Origin: Candidatus Eiseniibacteriota bacterium
GTDB lineage: Bacteria > Eisenbacteria > RBG-16-71-46 > CAIMUX01 > VGJL01
DNA length: 64,000 bases
Direction of reading: 5' to 3'
Assembly: GCA_034679345.1 (NCBI GenBank)
Contig: JAXDAY010000010.1
Location: 12,390 to 76,389, forward strand
The notes under the pieces are model-generated. The model saw nothing but the letters and a program-made list of their open reading frames with translations. It did not search any database and had not been told where the DNA came from. Shown one piece after another: positions 37,469 to 47,577 of the stretch (position 1 is its first letter; the number at the start of each line of letters is the position of its first letter). Made by a program: the position numbers and the translations under genes.

Positions 37469-38040
37469 CACCCTCTTCCTCCTTTGGTTGACCATGCCGC
37501 CCTGGAACCGATGCTGGGCGGACTTGTCCCTGTTCCCTCTGCGTGGCGCAACCCCCAAATGGCACAACGGGAGCTCGCGCTTCCCTTCGTTTGTGACTCC
37601 CCCATTTCGGGGCTGCCCATGAAGCGTCCTGCACACGTGATGCACGCGTCCTCGCATCTTCTCTAAAGCACCAAAGAGGGGCGATGGACATAGCGTCCCC
37701 GCTCCGCCTTGCCTACGGATGAGTCGACTTCGTTTCTTCAGCAAACTCCCCCATGATCATCCATCCCTTGCCGGACGTCGACGGACGTCATGCGCCATTG
37801 CGTATGGCGACCAACCCCCTGCAAGAGTGGACCTTACAGTGTCGCGCACAGAACCGGCTGGCAGACTGTCACAGCAGTCAAGCGGTGTCAACACGAAATT
37901 CTAGAACCCCCGAGCATCATTTGAGGAAGATCCCCCTGGGGGTTATCGGCCGTCGAGGAGCGATCCATCAGCGCGATTCCCGGACCCGTCGGAGTCACAT
38001 TATTCAAGTGAACCGACGCAAATACAGACCACAGGGCTGG

Positions 38041-38082
38041 ATGAAAACCGGCCCGCCCCAAGGATCGCGTCCGGGGCGGGCC
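38041..38082 (-). terminator. Rho-independent terminator-like hairpin (10-bp stem GGCCCGCCCC/GGGGCGGGCC, 13-nt loop) followed on minus strand by GGTTTTCAT, ~25 nt after the CARDB-protein stop
   Basis: Seen directly at 38050-38082 plus a U4 tract at 38041-38049. It implies the giant gene has its own promoter in 37469-38040. Confidence 0.5.
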
Positions 38083-38106
38083 GAGCAGGCAGTGATCACG
38101 CAACCT

Positions 38107-40983
38107 CTAGCGGACCAATACGATCTTGCGAACGAACGTCTCCGCTCCCAAGGCGATCCTGACGTAATAAACTCCAGCGGGAGCCTGCGCCCCGAGATTC
38201 GTCTCCCCGGTCCAGGCCCACTCTCCGCCGCCCGCTCCGATCTCGCCATTCCCGATGATTTGAACTTCCTTGCCCTGAACATCGAAGACCGCGACGCGAA
38301 CCTGAGTGGCGAATCCCGGGACGATCCGGATCGGACTGCCGGGCAGATACGGGTTGCGGAAGAGGATGCGTCCACCCTCGAGCCGAGGGTCGAGACTCGC
38401 CAGCGAGATGCCATCGCCGGCTAGGTCGCCGCGCGCCAGATCCTTGTCGTACAGGCTGCCCCCGACCCGGTCGATCCGCGAACCCGCCAACCGGTCGGAG
38501 TCGAGAATCCGGAAGACGCAACGTCCGACCCGACCTCCGGTCCACTGGATCTCTTCCGAGAGATCGAACCTCGGGATGAAGGCGACGCGCGCCGTCCCTC
38601 CCGATTCGCCCTCGCGCGCCGCGAGGAAGTCGTGGGGCGCGCTCTCTCCCGGGGTCTGCTGGAGGGACTGGAAGTCGAGCACGGTCCCGTCGAAGGCGAG
38701 TTCCCACTCCCCGCCGATCAGCGTGTCATCCGCCTCGAGGTCCATCTCGACGAGCAGGCTGTCGCCGCCCTGGCTGAGGCTGGCCACAAGATGAAGCGAT
38801 CCCATCGGATCCGAAGCGTTCTCCACGCGGGCGACTCGCGCCCCCTCCCCCACGAGGCCGCAGGGAGGATAGCTGACGCAGGTGAGACCGTCTGCCGTGG
38901 GATCCGGACCACAGGCGCCGAACGGGGCAGCCGGAGGCGGACCATTGGCGAACTGATAGTTCAGGCTGCCGAGAACGTCGGCGAGGTCGAGCGCGCCGGA
39001 ATCGTTGAAGTCGGCCGCGTCCATGCAGGCCGGAGCCTCGCCGCCGCCGTACTGGTAGTGCAGGATCAGCAAGGCATCCGTGATGTCAATCGCCCCGTTG
39101 GCGTCGGCATCGCCCCGAATGAACCCGCTGCCGTGGATCAAGACGCTGCCGTCGACCACCTCGGGAACGACCGAGGTCGCATCGCAGAGGGTCATGCGGT
39201 TGAGCGTCCTTTGATCCTCGACGAGACGGATCTCCGTCGGGCCGCCCGGAGCGTTTGGCAGGACGTTGAAGACGAGATCGATGAACGTGTCATCGCCCGG
39301 CGGGATCGCATCGGGACAGAGGAAGGAGAAGAGCACGCCGACACGTCCGCTACCTGCAGCGCCCGAGTGCTGTACATGTTCGGCTCCCTCGCAACGGGTG
39401 CCCGTTGTGGAGACCCCCTGGTAGCCGAGGACAAGCGGGTCGTACTCGAACCGGAATCCCAGTCCGAGGATCGGCTCGCTGTTGCTGCCGCGAATCGGAA
39501 TTCTGACCGCCGTGTCGCCCGGATCGAAGCTCAGGCCCGACGCGACTTCGAAGGAGAAGCCGACGATTGAGCAAGTGAAGCTCCCCGGGAGGCAATTGTT
39601 CGTCTCATCAGACTCGATGACGACCGAGCCGGCATCCGCGCACGCCTCGAGCGTATGGTCCCCCGCCGCGTACCCCTCGAGCGTGCACCAGCTGGTCCAG
39701 GCCTCGCCGTTGACCGCGAGCGCCGGGACCTGCAGGTTGCAGAGGGGATCCCCGTCGAGCGATATCTGGCAGAGCGACGCCGAAGAGGCGGCCTGCCCGA
39801 TGTTCCGCACCAGAGCGCGGGCGCCGCCTGGGCAGTCGGGCGAGTCCAGCTCGAGCTGCGAGACGATCAGATCGGGCCGGAGGCAGGAGATGAACTCGGT
39901 TCGGAGATTGTTCTCCTCGTCGATCTCCTGGATCAGATTCGTCGCGTCCGCCCGCGCGGTGACGGAACGGTTCCCGGGCCCGTAGCTTCCGAGATCGCAA
40001 TAGTCCGTCCAGACCGCCTGTCCCGGCTGCAGGGCGGGCACGGTCTTGTCGCACAGGGCGTTGCCGTCCAGCGAGATGCGGCAGATGGTGGACGGCGCGT
40101 CCGCCTCGCCGACATTCCGGACGTAGGCCCTCGCCTCGGTGGCGCAGTTCGCGCTCGGGAGGAAGTCGATGTCCTGCACCTCGAGATCGGCGGTGGCGCC
40201 GACGGTCTTGCGGATGCGGACTTCGTCAACGAAGGCTCCGTTGGGAATCACCGGCACGGTGGTGTTCGAGTTCGAGAAGAAGGCGAAAGCGACCCAGACC
40301 TCGGATCTCCCGACGACGGCTTGGAGGTCGAAGCGCTCGTTGCGGTGCCATTGGTCTCCGAAGTCGCCGGATCGGAACTCGCCGGCAAAGGACTGCCCAT
40401 CGGTGCTCGATGCGACGAATAGACGGTCGAGGTTCCCCGATTGGCAACGCACCCACCAATCGTAGAGGACCTCCGCGCCCGTCGCGTCGGAGAGATCGAA
40501 GGGGCCGGCGATCATGAAGGCGGAGGAGCCGTTGGGATAGCTCTCATCGCATGGCTCGTAGCCGTCGCCGCCAAAGTTTCGGTACCCGTTCGCGCACCAC
40601 GCGGCGGAACTTCCGACCGAGGACCTGCATCCCTGGACGTCATCCCAGGTCCATCCAAGCCCGCCCCACCGGAGCGTCCAAGGCCCACAGTCGCCGCCCT
40701 GCGGGAATCCGTCCTCGAACCCCTCCGTGCAGAGGGTGATGACCGACATGACCTCGGAAACGGATTCCTCCGACGCGGGCCGGACGCCTCCAGGGGCGAG
40801 ATCCGAACCGTCATCCACCACCGTCCACTCGTCCTCGTGGCCGATCGTGACCCGGACTCCGCGCAGGATCTGCGGCTCGCCCAGCGTCCCGGCATCCTCC
40901 GCGGATGCAGGGAGCTGACCGAGCCAGCAGGCCGAGAGAACGACGAACAGCGAGCCGACCCACAGGCGACCCCGATGCTTCAT
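38107..40983 (-). CDS. Secreted multidomain surface protein: two CARDB domains, cohesin-like module(s), type-I dockerin, C-terminal T9SS-type / FlgD-Ig-like sorting domain
   Basis: ORF-track frame 38107..41235. True start MKHRGRLWVGSLFVVLSACWLGQLPASA at 40983 with RBS GGGAGGG. The CARDB unit is duplicated (VRNVGEADAPSTICRISLDGNALCDKTVPALQPGQAVWTDYC / VRNIGQAASSASLCQISLDGDPLCNLQVPALAVNGEAWTSWC). Cohesin-like SFDPGDTAVRIPIRGSNSEPILGLGFRFEYDPLVL. Dockerin GDADANGAIDITDALLIL...ADFNDSGALDLADVLGSLNYQF (two DxNxDGxxxxxD loops). C-terminus ILFRNPYLPGSPIRIV...VAVFDVQGKEV...AGVYYVRIALGAETFVRKIVLVR. Confidence 0.8.
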   Translation of the reverse strand: MKHRGRLWVGSLFVVLSACWLGQLPASAEDAGTLGEPQILRGVRVTIGHEDEWTVVDDGSDLAPGGVRPASEESVSEVMSVITLCTEGFEDGFPQGGDCGPWTLRWGGLGWTWDDVQGCRSSVGSSAAWCANGYRNFGGDGYEPCDESYPNGSSAFMIAGPFDLSDATGAEVLYDWWVRCQSGNLDRLFVASSTDGQSFAGEFRSGDFGDQWHRNERFDLQAVVGRSEVWVAFAFFSNSNTTVPVIPNGAFVDEVRIRKTVGATADLEVQDIDFLPSANCATEARAYVRNVGEADAPSTICRISLDGNALCDKTVPALQPGQAVWTDYCDLGSYGPGNRSVTARADATNLIQEIDEENNLRTEFISCLRPDLIVSQLELDSPDCPGGARALVRNIGQAASSASLCQISLDGDPLCNLQVPALAVNGEAWTSWCTLEGYAAGDHTLEACADAGSVVIESDETNNCLPGSFTCSIVGFSFEVASGLSFDPGDTAVRIPIRGSNSEPILGLGFRFEYDPLVLGYQGVSTTGTRCEGAEHVQHSGAAGSGRVGVLFSFLCPDAIPPGDDTFIDLVFNVLPNAPGGPTEIRLVEDQRTLNRMTLCDATSVVPEVVDGSVLIHGSGFIRGDADANGAIDITDALLILHYQYGGGEAPACMDAADFNDSGALDLADVLGSLNYQFANGPPPAAPFGACGPDPTADGLTCVSYPPCGLVGEGARVARVENASDPMGSLHLVASLSQGGDSLLVEMDLEADDTLIGGEWELAFDGTVLDFQSLQQTPGESAPHDFLAAREGESGGTARVAFIPRFDLSEEIQWTGGRVGRCVFRILDSDRLAGSRIDRVGGSLYDKDLARGDLAGDGISLASLDPRLEGGRILFRNPYLPGSPIRIVPGFATQVRVAVFDVQGKEVQIIGNGEIGAGGGEWAWTGETNLGAQAPAGVYYVRIALGAETFVRKIVLVR

Positions 40984-41317
40984 TAGACTACCCTCCCTAG
41001 GATCCGCAGAGGTCGCACGCTGTCTCTCGCCAGCCGGACTCGTTCCTGTCTTGATCAGCCTCAGAGTTCGGGATCGATCGGATCGAGGCAGCCGAGGACT
41101 CATTGAGATGGAGACTCGACGCGAGAGCCATGCACGACGGCTTCCATGACCTGGTGCCCCCGGGATACGGGCAACCCGCTGGTGCCCGCTCTCGGGTACC
41201 ATTGAGCCGCCCGCGCGGTCTCGACGGGCACGCACCCCGGGGAGTGTCGCGCGCCTGGATTGGATGCGTCAACCCGAATCCAATCTGCGCTGAGGCTCTG
41301 AGGCTTGTGCGAAGAGC

Positions 41318-41390
41318 TTGAGCCGCCCGGGACTCGAACCCGGCACGTCCTGCTTAAAAGGCAGGTGCTCTACCGGCTGAGCTAGCGGCT
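41318..41390 (-). tRNA. tRNA-Lys (anticodon UUU)
   Basis: Minus-strand sequence GAGCCGCTAGCTCAGCCGGTAGAGCACCTGCCTTTTAAGCAGGACGTGCCGGGTTCGAGTCCCGGGCGGCTCA folds as a cloverleaf. Acceptor GAGCCGC/GCGGCTC, anticodon loop CTTTTAA. CCA is not encoded. Confidence 0.85.
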
Positions 41391-41443
41391 CTCGGCGAGC
41401 CTAACCTGCCGCGGCGCTTCGCGCAACGCCCGAGACCCGCGCA

Positions 41444-42727
41444 TCAGCGAGGGGGCCGAAGCACCGCGTTCCGCTTCGAGCCGACGGAGACCAGACGGAC
41501 GGGACAACCCACGAATGAAGAGACGCGCTCGACGTAGCGTCGCGCCGCCGCGGGAAGGCTCTTCCACTCTCGCACATCGCCGATCGCCTCGCTCCAACCC
41601 GCCATCTCCTCATAGACGGGCCTGCAACGCGACCATTCCTCGGCATCGATCGGAGGAGTCGAGACGGCGCGCCGACCGATCCGGTAGGCGACCGCAAATC
41701 GGAGCTTGGGGATCCCGCTCAGGATGTCGAGCTTCGTTAGGTGGATCTCGTCGAGCCCGTTCAACCGGACGGCCGCCCGGAGCATGACCAGGTCCAGCCA
41801 CCCGCAGCGACGCGGCCGACCCGTCGTCGCGCCGAACTCCATCGCTCGTTTCCGGAACGCGTCCCCGAAACGCCCGCCGAATTCAGTCGGGAACGGCCCA
41901 TTTCCGACGCGGGTCGCATAGGCCTTGGAAATGCCGATCACGCGGTCGATCCTCCGCGGCGGAAGTCCGAGCCCGGTCGTCGCTCCGCCGGCCGCGGTCG
42001 AGGCTGAGGTCACGAAAGGATAGGTACCGAGGTCGATGTCGAGGAAGGTCCCCTGGCTCCCTTCGCAGAGCACCCGTTCCCCGCGAGCGAGCGCCTCGTG
42101 CAGGAGGGCGATGGTGTCGGTGAGTCCGGGCCCGAGCGCGCGGGCGAACCGGGAGTAGCGTTGCGCCCACTCCTTCACGGCCCGCCGCCTCGGCTCCGGC
42201 ATCGGCCGCCCCGCGGCGCGATGCAGCCGCTCCACACGCGCGAGTTCACGATCCAGGGCTTCGGCGAGGCGACGCCCGTCTTTGAGCTCGACCATGCGGA
42301 TCCCCTGGCGGCCCATCTTGTCCTGGTAGGCGGGACCGATCCCGCGCCGCGTCGTCCCGACTCGGACGTCCTGACCGGCGAGGGCTTCCATCCACCGGTG
42401 GTACGGGAAGAGGACATGGGCCCCTTCGGAGACGAAGAGCCTCCCGCGGACCGCCACACCACGGTCCTCGAGCGCCTCGATCTCCGCGGCCAGATGGTCC
42501 GGGTCGACGACGACGCCATGGCCGATCACGCATCGGACCTTTGGCTGCAGGATGCCCGAGGGAACCAGATGGAGCACGAAGGTCTCCCGCCCGATGCAGA
42601 CGGTGTGGCCCGCGTTCGGCCCTCCCGAGAAACGCGCCACCCAATCGTGGCGGCGGGCAAGGAGGTCGACGATCTTCCCCTTCCCCTCATCTCCCCACTG
42701 ACAACCCACCAAGACGGTCGCGGGCAT
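41444..42727 (-). CDS. purA: Adenylosuccinate synthetase
   Basis: 427 aa. MPATVLVGCQWGDEGKGKIVDLLA...GGPNAGHTV. Confidence 0.95.
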   Translation of the reverse strand: MPATVLVGCQWGDEGKGKIVDLLARRHDWVARFSGGPNAGHTVCIGRETFVLHLVPSGILQPKVRCVIGHGVVVDPDHLAAEIEALEDRGVAVRGRLFVSEGAHVLFPYHRWMEALAGQDVRVGTTRRGIGPAYQDKMGRQGIRMVELKDGRRLAEALDRELARVERLHRAAGRPMPEPRRRAVKEWAQRYSRFARALGPGLTDTIALLHEALARGERVLCEGSQGTFLDIDLGTYPFVTSASTAAGGATTGLGLPPRRIDRVIGISKAYATRVGNGPFPTEFGGRFGDAFRKRAMEFGATTGRPRRCGWLDLVMLRAAVRLNGLDEIHLTKLDILSGIPKLRFAVAYRIGRRAVSTPPIDAEEWSRCRPVYEEMAGWSEAIGDVREWKSLPAAARRYVERVSSFVGCPVRLVSVGSKRNAVLRPPR

Positions 42728-42843
42728 GCGCCCTCCCTTCGCGCAGTCAAGCCAACGTGCGCGATCATGGCGCTCGGGAATCGTATCCGCAAGGGAGTTC
42801 GGAGTCGGGCGATCGCCGCCGGCTCCCGCGCTGGACCGGCCTG

Positions 42844-44097
42844 CTAGGCCTCTTTCTTTCGCGGGCGATCGCGGAGCGTGACCTGGGGAGGCTGCCCGAG
42901 CGTGATCACCTCTTCCGTGATCGTCACCACCTCCACATCCCGCTTCGAGGGCAGGTCGTACATGATATTGAGCATCGCATCCTCGAGGACGGCGCGGAGC
43001 CCGCGGGCGCCGGTCTGCCGCTTCTGGGCGATCGCGACGACGGCGCGGAGCGCTCCCTCGGTGAACTCGAGACGGACGCTCTCCATCTCGAAGAACCGCT
43101 GGTACTGCTTCGTGATCGCGTTCTTCGGCTGCGTCAGGATCGAGAGGAGGGCCTCCTCGTTCAGGTCCTCGAGGGTCGCCGTGATCGGGAGCCGGCCGAT
43201 CAGCTCGGGGATGAGGCCGTAGCGGAGCAGGTCCTCCGGCTCGATCTGGGCGTAGAGCTCGCCGGCCTTCTGATCCTTGCGCGACTTGACCTCGGCGCCG
43301 AAGCCGATCTGCTTGACGCCGACGCGGTTGGCGACGATCTTGTCGATCCCCTCGAAGGCTCCGCCGCAGATGAAGAGGATGTCCTTCGAGTTGACCTCGA
43401 TGTACTTCTGCTGCGGGTGCTTGCGCCCCCCCTGGGGCGGGACGTTCGCGACGGTCCCCTCGAGGATCTTCAAGAGGGCCTGCTGGACCCCCTCGCCCGA
43501 GACGTCCCTCGTGATGGATGGGTTATCGCTCTTGCGCGAGATCTTGTCGATCTCATCGATATAGACGATCCCGTGCTCGGCCGCGACGAGGTTGAAGTCG
43601 GCGGCCTGCAGCAGGCGGACCAGGATGTTCTCGACATCCTCGCCCACGTACCCGGCCTCGGTGAGGCAGGTGGCGTCGATCATGGCGAACGGGACCTTCA
43701 GGAACCGCGAGAGGGTCCGCGCGAGCAGCGTCTTGCCGCTTCCCGTCGGGCCGATCAGGAGGATGTTGCCCTTCTCGAGCTCGACCTCGTCCAGGTTCGC
43801 CGGCTGGTTGATCCGCTTGTAGTGGTTGTAGACGGCGACCGAGAGGATCTTCTTCGCCCGCTCCTGGCCGATCACATACTCGTCCAGGACGCGCTTGATC
43901 TCCGAGGGCTTCGGCAGGCTCTCCCGGGAGACAGGGACGCTGTGCTCGACTTCCCCGTCGAGGATGTCGCTGCAGAGGCGGACACACTCGCTGCAGATAT
44001 AGACCGAGGGGCCGCTCACCAGACGGGCGACCTCCTCCTGGCCTCGACCGCAGAAGGAGCACCGGATCGGGTGCGGTGAACTGATGCGCTTCTTCAT
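42844..44097 (-). CDS. clpX: ATP-dependent Clp protease ATP-binding subunit ClpX
   Basis: 417 aa. Zinc-ribbon [27 protein letters not shown], Walker [12 protein letters not shown], and the [15 protein letters not shown] blocks. Confidence 0.95.
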   Translation of the reverse strand: MKKRISSPHPIRCSFCGRGQEEVARLVSGPSVYICSECVRLCSDILDGEVEHSVPVSRESLPKPSEIKRVLDEYVIGQERAKKILSVAVYNHYKRINQPANLDEVELEKGNILLIGPTGSGKTLLARTLSRFLKVPFAMIDATCLTEAGYVGEDVENILVRLLQAADFNLVAAEHGIVYIDEIDKISRKSDNPSITRDVSGEGVQQALLKILEGTVANVPPQGGRKHPQQKYIEVNSKDILFICGGAFEGIDKIVANRVGVKQIGFGAEVKSRKDQKAGELYAQIEPEDLLRYGLIPELIGRLPITATLEDLNEEALLSILTQPKNAITKQYQRFFEMESVRLEFTEGALRAVVAIAQKRQTGARGLRAVLEDAMLNIMYDLPSKRDVEVVTITEEVITLGQPPQVTLRDRPRKKEA

Positions 44098-44168
44098 CCG
44101 TGACTCCCGGTGGCCGGCTCCGGGCCGGCCGCACTGACGATGATACCCTGGTCCATGCCCGCGCCAGC

Positions 44169-44753
44169 CTACTTCTTCTTGACGATCACCGCGTCGACGA
44201 TCCCGTACTCCTTCGCCTCTTCGGCCGACATGAAGAAGTTCCGGTCGGTGTCCCTCCGGATCTTCTCCATCGGCTGGCCGGTGTGGAGCGCCAGGATCTC
44301 GTTCAGCTTCTCCCGCAGTTTCAGGATCTCCCGCGTGTAAATCTGCATCTCGACCGCCTGGCCGCGGCTTCCGCCCATCGGCTGATGGATCATGATCCGG
44401 GAGTGCGGCAGTGCCGAGCGCTTTCCCTTCGCCCCGGCCGCCAGGAGCAGCGCCCCCATGCTCGATGCCTGCCCCATGCAGATCGTCGCGACGTCGGGCC
44501 GGATGAACTGCATGGTGTCGTAGATCGCGAGGCCCGCCGAAACGACCCCGCCAGGGGAATTGATATAGAGATGGATATCCCGGTCGGGATCCTCCGCCTC
44601 GAGGAAGAGGAGCTGGGCAATGACGAGGTTTGCGACGATGTCGTCCACCACGCTCCCCACGAAGATGATCCGGTCCCGGAGCAGGCGGGAGAAGATGTCA
44701 TAGGCCCTCTCCCCCCGGCTGGACTGCTCGACGACGATCGGCACAAGTGACAT
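44169..44753 (-). CDS. clpP: ATP-dependent Clp protease proteolytic subunit ClpP
   Basis: 194 aa. [77 protein letters not shown]. Confidence 0.95.
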   Translation of the reverse strand: MSLVPIVVEQSSRGERAYDIFSRLLRDRIIFVGSVVDDIVANLVIAQLLFLEAEDPDRDIHLYINSPGGVVSAGLAIYDTMQFIRPDVATICMGQASSMGALLLAAGAKGKRSALPHSRIMIHQPMGGSRGQAVEMQIYTREILKLREKLNEILALHTGQPMEKIRRDTDRNFFMSAEEAKEYGIVDAVIVKKK

Positions 44754-44772
44754 CGATCCGCCTTTCCTGTGT

Positions 44773-46077
44773 CTATCTCGGGGTCCCGGCCTCGACCGAT
44801 CCCGCGGCCCGCGTCCGAGGCTTCTTCACGCGATTGACCTGCGCGTTCGCGACGAGGAAATCCAGGACCTTGCGCTCCTGCATCGTGTCCCGGAGCCGGT
44901 CCAGATCTCCCTCCCCTTCCACCTTCCGCTTGAGGACGGCCGTTTCGACGCCGGCCTCCTCGGCCATCTTGTCGAGCTCCGCCTCGACCTCGGACTCGGC
45001 AAGCTGCAGCGACTCCTTGCGGATGATCGCCTCCATGAGGATGTCCCGGCGGCAGATCCGCTCCACGACGCCGCGGTACCGCTCCCGGAAGGCCTCCTCG
45101 TCCAGGTCCTCCGTCTCCTCCCGGGCGCGCTCGATCGCCCGCTCGAGGCGATAGGAAACCATCCGCTCGGGAACCTGGAACGGGTGCCCTTCCATGAGCC
45201 GCTCGACCAGTCGATCCTCCAGTCGCTGCTTGCTCCGGAGCAGCTCCTCCGACTCCAGCCGGAGGCGCAGCTTCGCCCGGAGCCCCTCCAGATCCAACCC
45301 GGAGTCGATGCTCCTGGCAAAATTGTCGTCCAGCTCAGGAAGAATCTTCTCATCGATTTCCTTCGCCGTCAGTCGGAAGCGGCGCGTCTTGCCCGCCAGC
45401 TCGGCATCCCCGAACTCCTGCGGGTACTCGACCGTCACGACCCGCGTCTCGCCCGCCGAGATCCCCATCGTGGCCTCTCGGAACTCCGGCAGCAGAGTCG
45501 GCGAGCCGACCTCGATGCGCACCTCCTCCTTCTTGCCCGAAGGCAACTTCTTGCCGTGCACGTCGACCGGCTCGAGGATCGCCTGCACGACGTCTCCGGC
45601 TTCGGAGGCGCGCTCCACCTTGCTGAGCGCGGCCCGGTTGCGGCGCATCATCTGGATCGCCTCGTCCAGCATCGTCTCGTCGACCTCGAGGATCTCCTGA
45701 TCGACGACGAGCCCGCGGTAGCCGCCCACCTCGATGTCGGGATGGATCTCGATATCCGCGAGGAAGACGAGAGGCTCGCCCGGCTGGAATCGGATGCCGT
45801 GGATCCGCGGCGGCGCGACAGGGGAGAGCCCGAGATCCCGGATCGCCTCGTCATAGGCCTCGGGGATCAGATCGTTCAAGAGATCCGACTCGATGCTTCC
45901 CTGGAACTGGACACGCACCAGGTCCGTGGGGGCCTTCCCTTGCCGGAAGCCCGGGAGCGCCGCGCGCCGCCGGTAGTGCTCCACGAGGGACTCCATCCGC
46001 CTCTCCACCGACTCCGCGGGAACGACCACGCGGATCTCTCGACCCCACTCTCCACGCTCTGTGACCTGGAATTCCAA
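44773..46077 (-). CDS. tig: Trigger factor
   Basis: ORF-track frame 44773..46224. The ATG at 46224 would overlap tRNA-Leu. The likely real start is TTG at 46077 after GAGGAGG, giving [50 protein letters not shown]. Confidence 0.85.
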   Translation of the reverse strand: MEFQVTERGEWGREIRVVVPAESVERRMESLVEHYRRRAALPGFRQGKAPTDLVRVQFQGSIESDLLNDLIPEAYDEAIRDLGLSPVAPPRIHGIRFQPGEPLVFLADIEIHPDIEVGGYRGLVVDQEILEVDETMLDEAIQMMRRNRAALSKVERASEAGDVVQAILEPVDVHGKKLPSGKKEEVRIEVGSPTLLPEFREATMGISAGETRVVTVEYPQEFGDAELAGKTRRFRLTAKEIDEKILPELDDNFARSIDSGLDLEGLRAKLRLRLESEELLRSKQRLEDRLVERLMEGHPFQVPERMVSYRLERAIERAREETEDLDEEAFRERYRGVVERICRRDILMEAIIRKESLQLAESEVEAELDKMAEEAGVETAVLKRKVEGEGDLDRLRDTMQERKVLDFLVANAQVNRVKKPRTRAAGSVEAGTPR

Positions 46078-46147
46078 CACGATCCTCCTCTCGCGCCACC
46101 TTCGAGTCCTGCCGATGCGCCGAGCACGCGGCGATTCACATCGCGCC

Positions 46148-46230
46148 TGCGAGAGGGGGGACTCGAACCCCCACGAGATAATCTCATCGGATCCTAAGTC
46201 CGACGCGTCTGCCAGTTCCGCCACTCTCGC
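46148..46230 (-). tRNA. tRNA-Leu (anticodon UAG), long variable arm
   Basis: Minus-strand sequence GCGAGAGTGGCGGAACTGGCAGACGCGTCGGACTTAGGATCCGATGAGATTATCTCGTGGGGGTTCGAGTCCCCCCTCTCGCA. Anticodon stem TCGGA/TCCGA, loop CTTAGGA. Confidence 0.85.
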
Positions 46231-46286
46231 GCAATCGGCTCAACCGGCCCATCATACGCCGATCGACGGGCAGTTCCAGCGGGCCG

Positions 46287-47066
46287 TCACTCCCCGCGGA
46301 ACTCGGGCGGCCGCTTGGCGAGAAACGCCTCGGCCCCTTCCCGCCAGTCGCCGGTCGAGGCGGCGAGCCCAAAAGCGTCGGCCTCGATGAGCAAGCCGGT
46401 CGTCATCGGCCCATCCATCCCCCGCTGGACCGCATCCATCGCCAGCCGGACCGCGACCGGCGCCCGGGAGGCGATCCGGCGGGCCAGCTCCTCGCAGGCC
46501 GGCATCAGCTCCTCGGGGGCCACGACGCGGTTCAGGAGTCCGATCCGGTAGGCCTCCTCGGCGCCGATCGGATCTCCGCCGAGAATCATCTCGAGCCCGC
46601 GACCCAGTCCCACGATCCGGGGCAGGCGCTGCGTCCCCCCCCAGCCCGGGACCGCGCCGATCATCACTTCCGGCTGGCCGAGCCGGGCCTCGGTGCTCCC
46701 CAACCGGATGTGGCAAGCCAGCGCGACCTCGCATCCGCCGCCCAACGCGAATCCATTGACCGCCGCGATCACCGGCTTGCCGAGCCATTGGATCGCGTGG
46801 CAGACATGCTGTCCCTTGCGGGCGAAGGCGCGGGCCTCGAGCGCGCTCAGATGGGCGAGCTCGCGGATGTCCGCGCCGGCGATGAAGGCCTTCTCCCCCG
46901 CACCCGTGAGGATCGCCACGCGGACCTCGGGGGAATCGGCCACCTCGCCGAGGACCGCGATCATCTCATCGAGCGTCGCGAGGTTCATCGCGTTCATCAC
47001 GCTCGGGCGATTGACGGTGATGCGCGCGATCGGGGCGTCTTTCTCGAAGCTCAGATTCTCGTAGCC
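46287..47066 (-). CDS. Enoyl-CoA hydratase (crotonase family)
   Basis: True start [29 protein letters not shown] at 47066. [16 protein letters not shown]...[16 protein letters not shown]. Confidence 0.85.
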   Translation of the reverse strand, partial: GYENLSFEKDAPIARITVNRPSVMNAMNLATLDEMIAVLGEVADSPEVRVAILTGAGEKAFIAGADIRELAHLSALEARAFARKGQHVCHAIQWLGKPVIAAVNGFALGGGCEVALACHIRLGSTEARLGQPEVMIGAVPGWGGTQRLPRIVGLGRGLEMILGGDPIGAEEAYRIGLLNRVVAPEELMPACEELARRIASRAPVAVRLAMDAVQRGMDGPMTTGLLIEADAFGLAASTGDWREGAEAFLAKRPPEFRGE

Positions 47067-47109
47067 CATGCGATTCTCCTCCTGGCGCCCGAGTCCGTCG
47101 CCGCCCGCG

Positions 47110-47577
47110 TCATCCTCGGGACTCGCCGCCATCCGGCTCCCGCCAACTTCCGGCGACGCGGACGCAGACTCCATTCGCCTCCGCGTAGACCGTGCCATCC
47201 TCCGCGTCCAGGATCCCGGCCGTCATGCGAATCCCGCGGCCTCCCTCGGACTCGATCCGTCCCTCGACGATAGCGGCGCGTCCCACGGCCAGGGGGGCGC
47301 GGAATCGGACTTCGAGGCGAATCGTCATGGCCGCGATCCCCCGCCCCCGCAAGCACTGGGCCATCGCCTCGTCGAGGAGCGCGGAGAGGATGCCTCCGTG
47401 CGCCACCCCGCTCCAGCCCTGGTGCTCCCGTCGCGGCAGGAAGCGGGCCCTGGCGATCCCCTCGGGAAGAAGAGCCCATGCGATGCGCAGACCCGAGGGA
47501 TTCTCGGGACCGCAGACGAAGCACCAGCCATCGTCCCGGACGGCGGGCGCGTCATTCGGGTTCGGGGTTTCGGACAT
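47110..47577 (-). CDS. PaaI/hotdog-fold thioesterase
   Basis: C-terminal ~155 aa of ORF 47110..47913 from [28 protein letters not shown]... Confidence 0.65.
   Translation of the reverse strand: MSETPNPNDAPAVRDDGWCFVCGPENPSGLRIAWALLPEGIARARFLPRREHQGWSGVAHGGILSALLDEAMAQCLRGRGIAAMTIRLEVRFRAPLAVGRAAIVEGRIESEGGRGIRMTAGILDAEDGTVYAEANGVCVRVAGSWREPDGGESRG

Noticed and set aside
37540-37570. TGGCAC-containing sequence resembling the -24 element of a sigma54 promoter upstream of the giant gene
   Set aside because: It is on the plus strand, where no gene follows. The -12 TTGC element is absent (AGCT instead).
37374-37691. 105-aa minus-strand ORF overlapping the 5' end of the giant gene
   Set aside because: It is in a different frame and overlaps the giant gene's start by ~95 nt. 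There is no RBS and the composition is basic/low-complexity. It is probably non-coding leader sequence.
46224-46230. ORF-track ATG start of tig at 46224
   Set aside because: It would lie inside tRNA-Leu (46148-46230). A TTG at 46077 preceded by GAGGAGG gives the conserved trigger-factor N-terminus.
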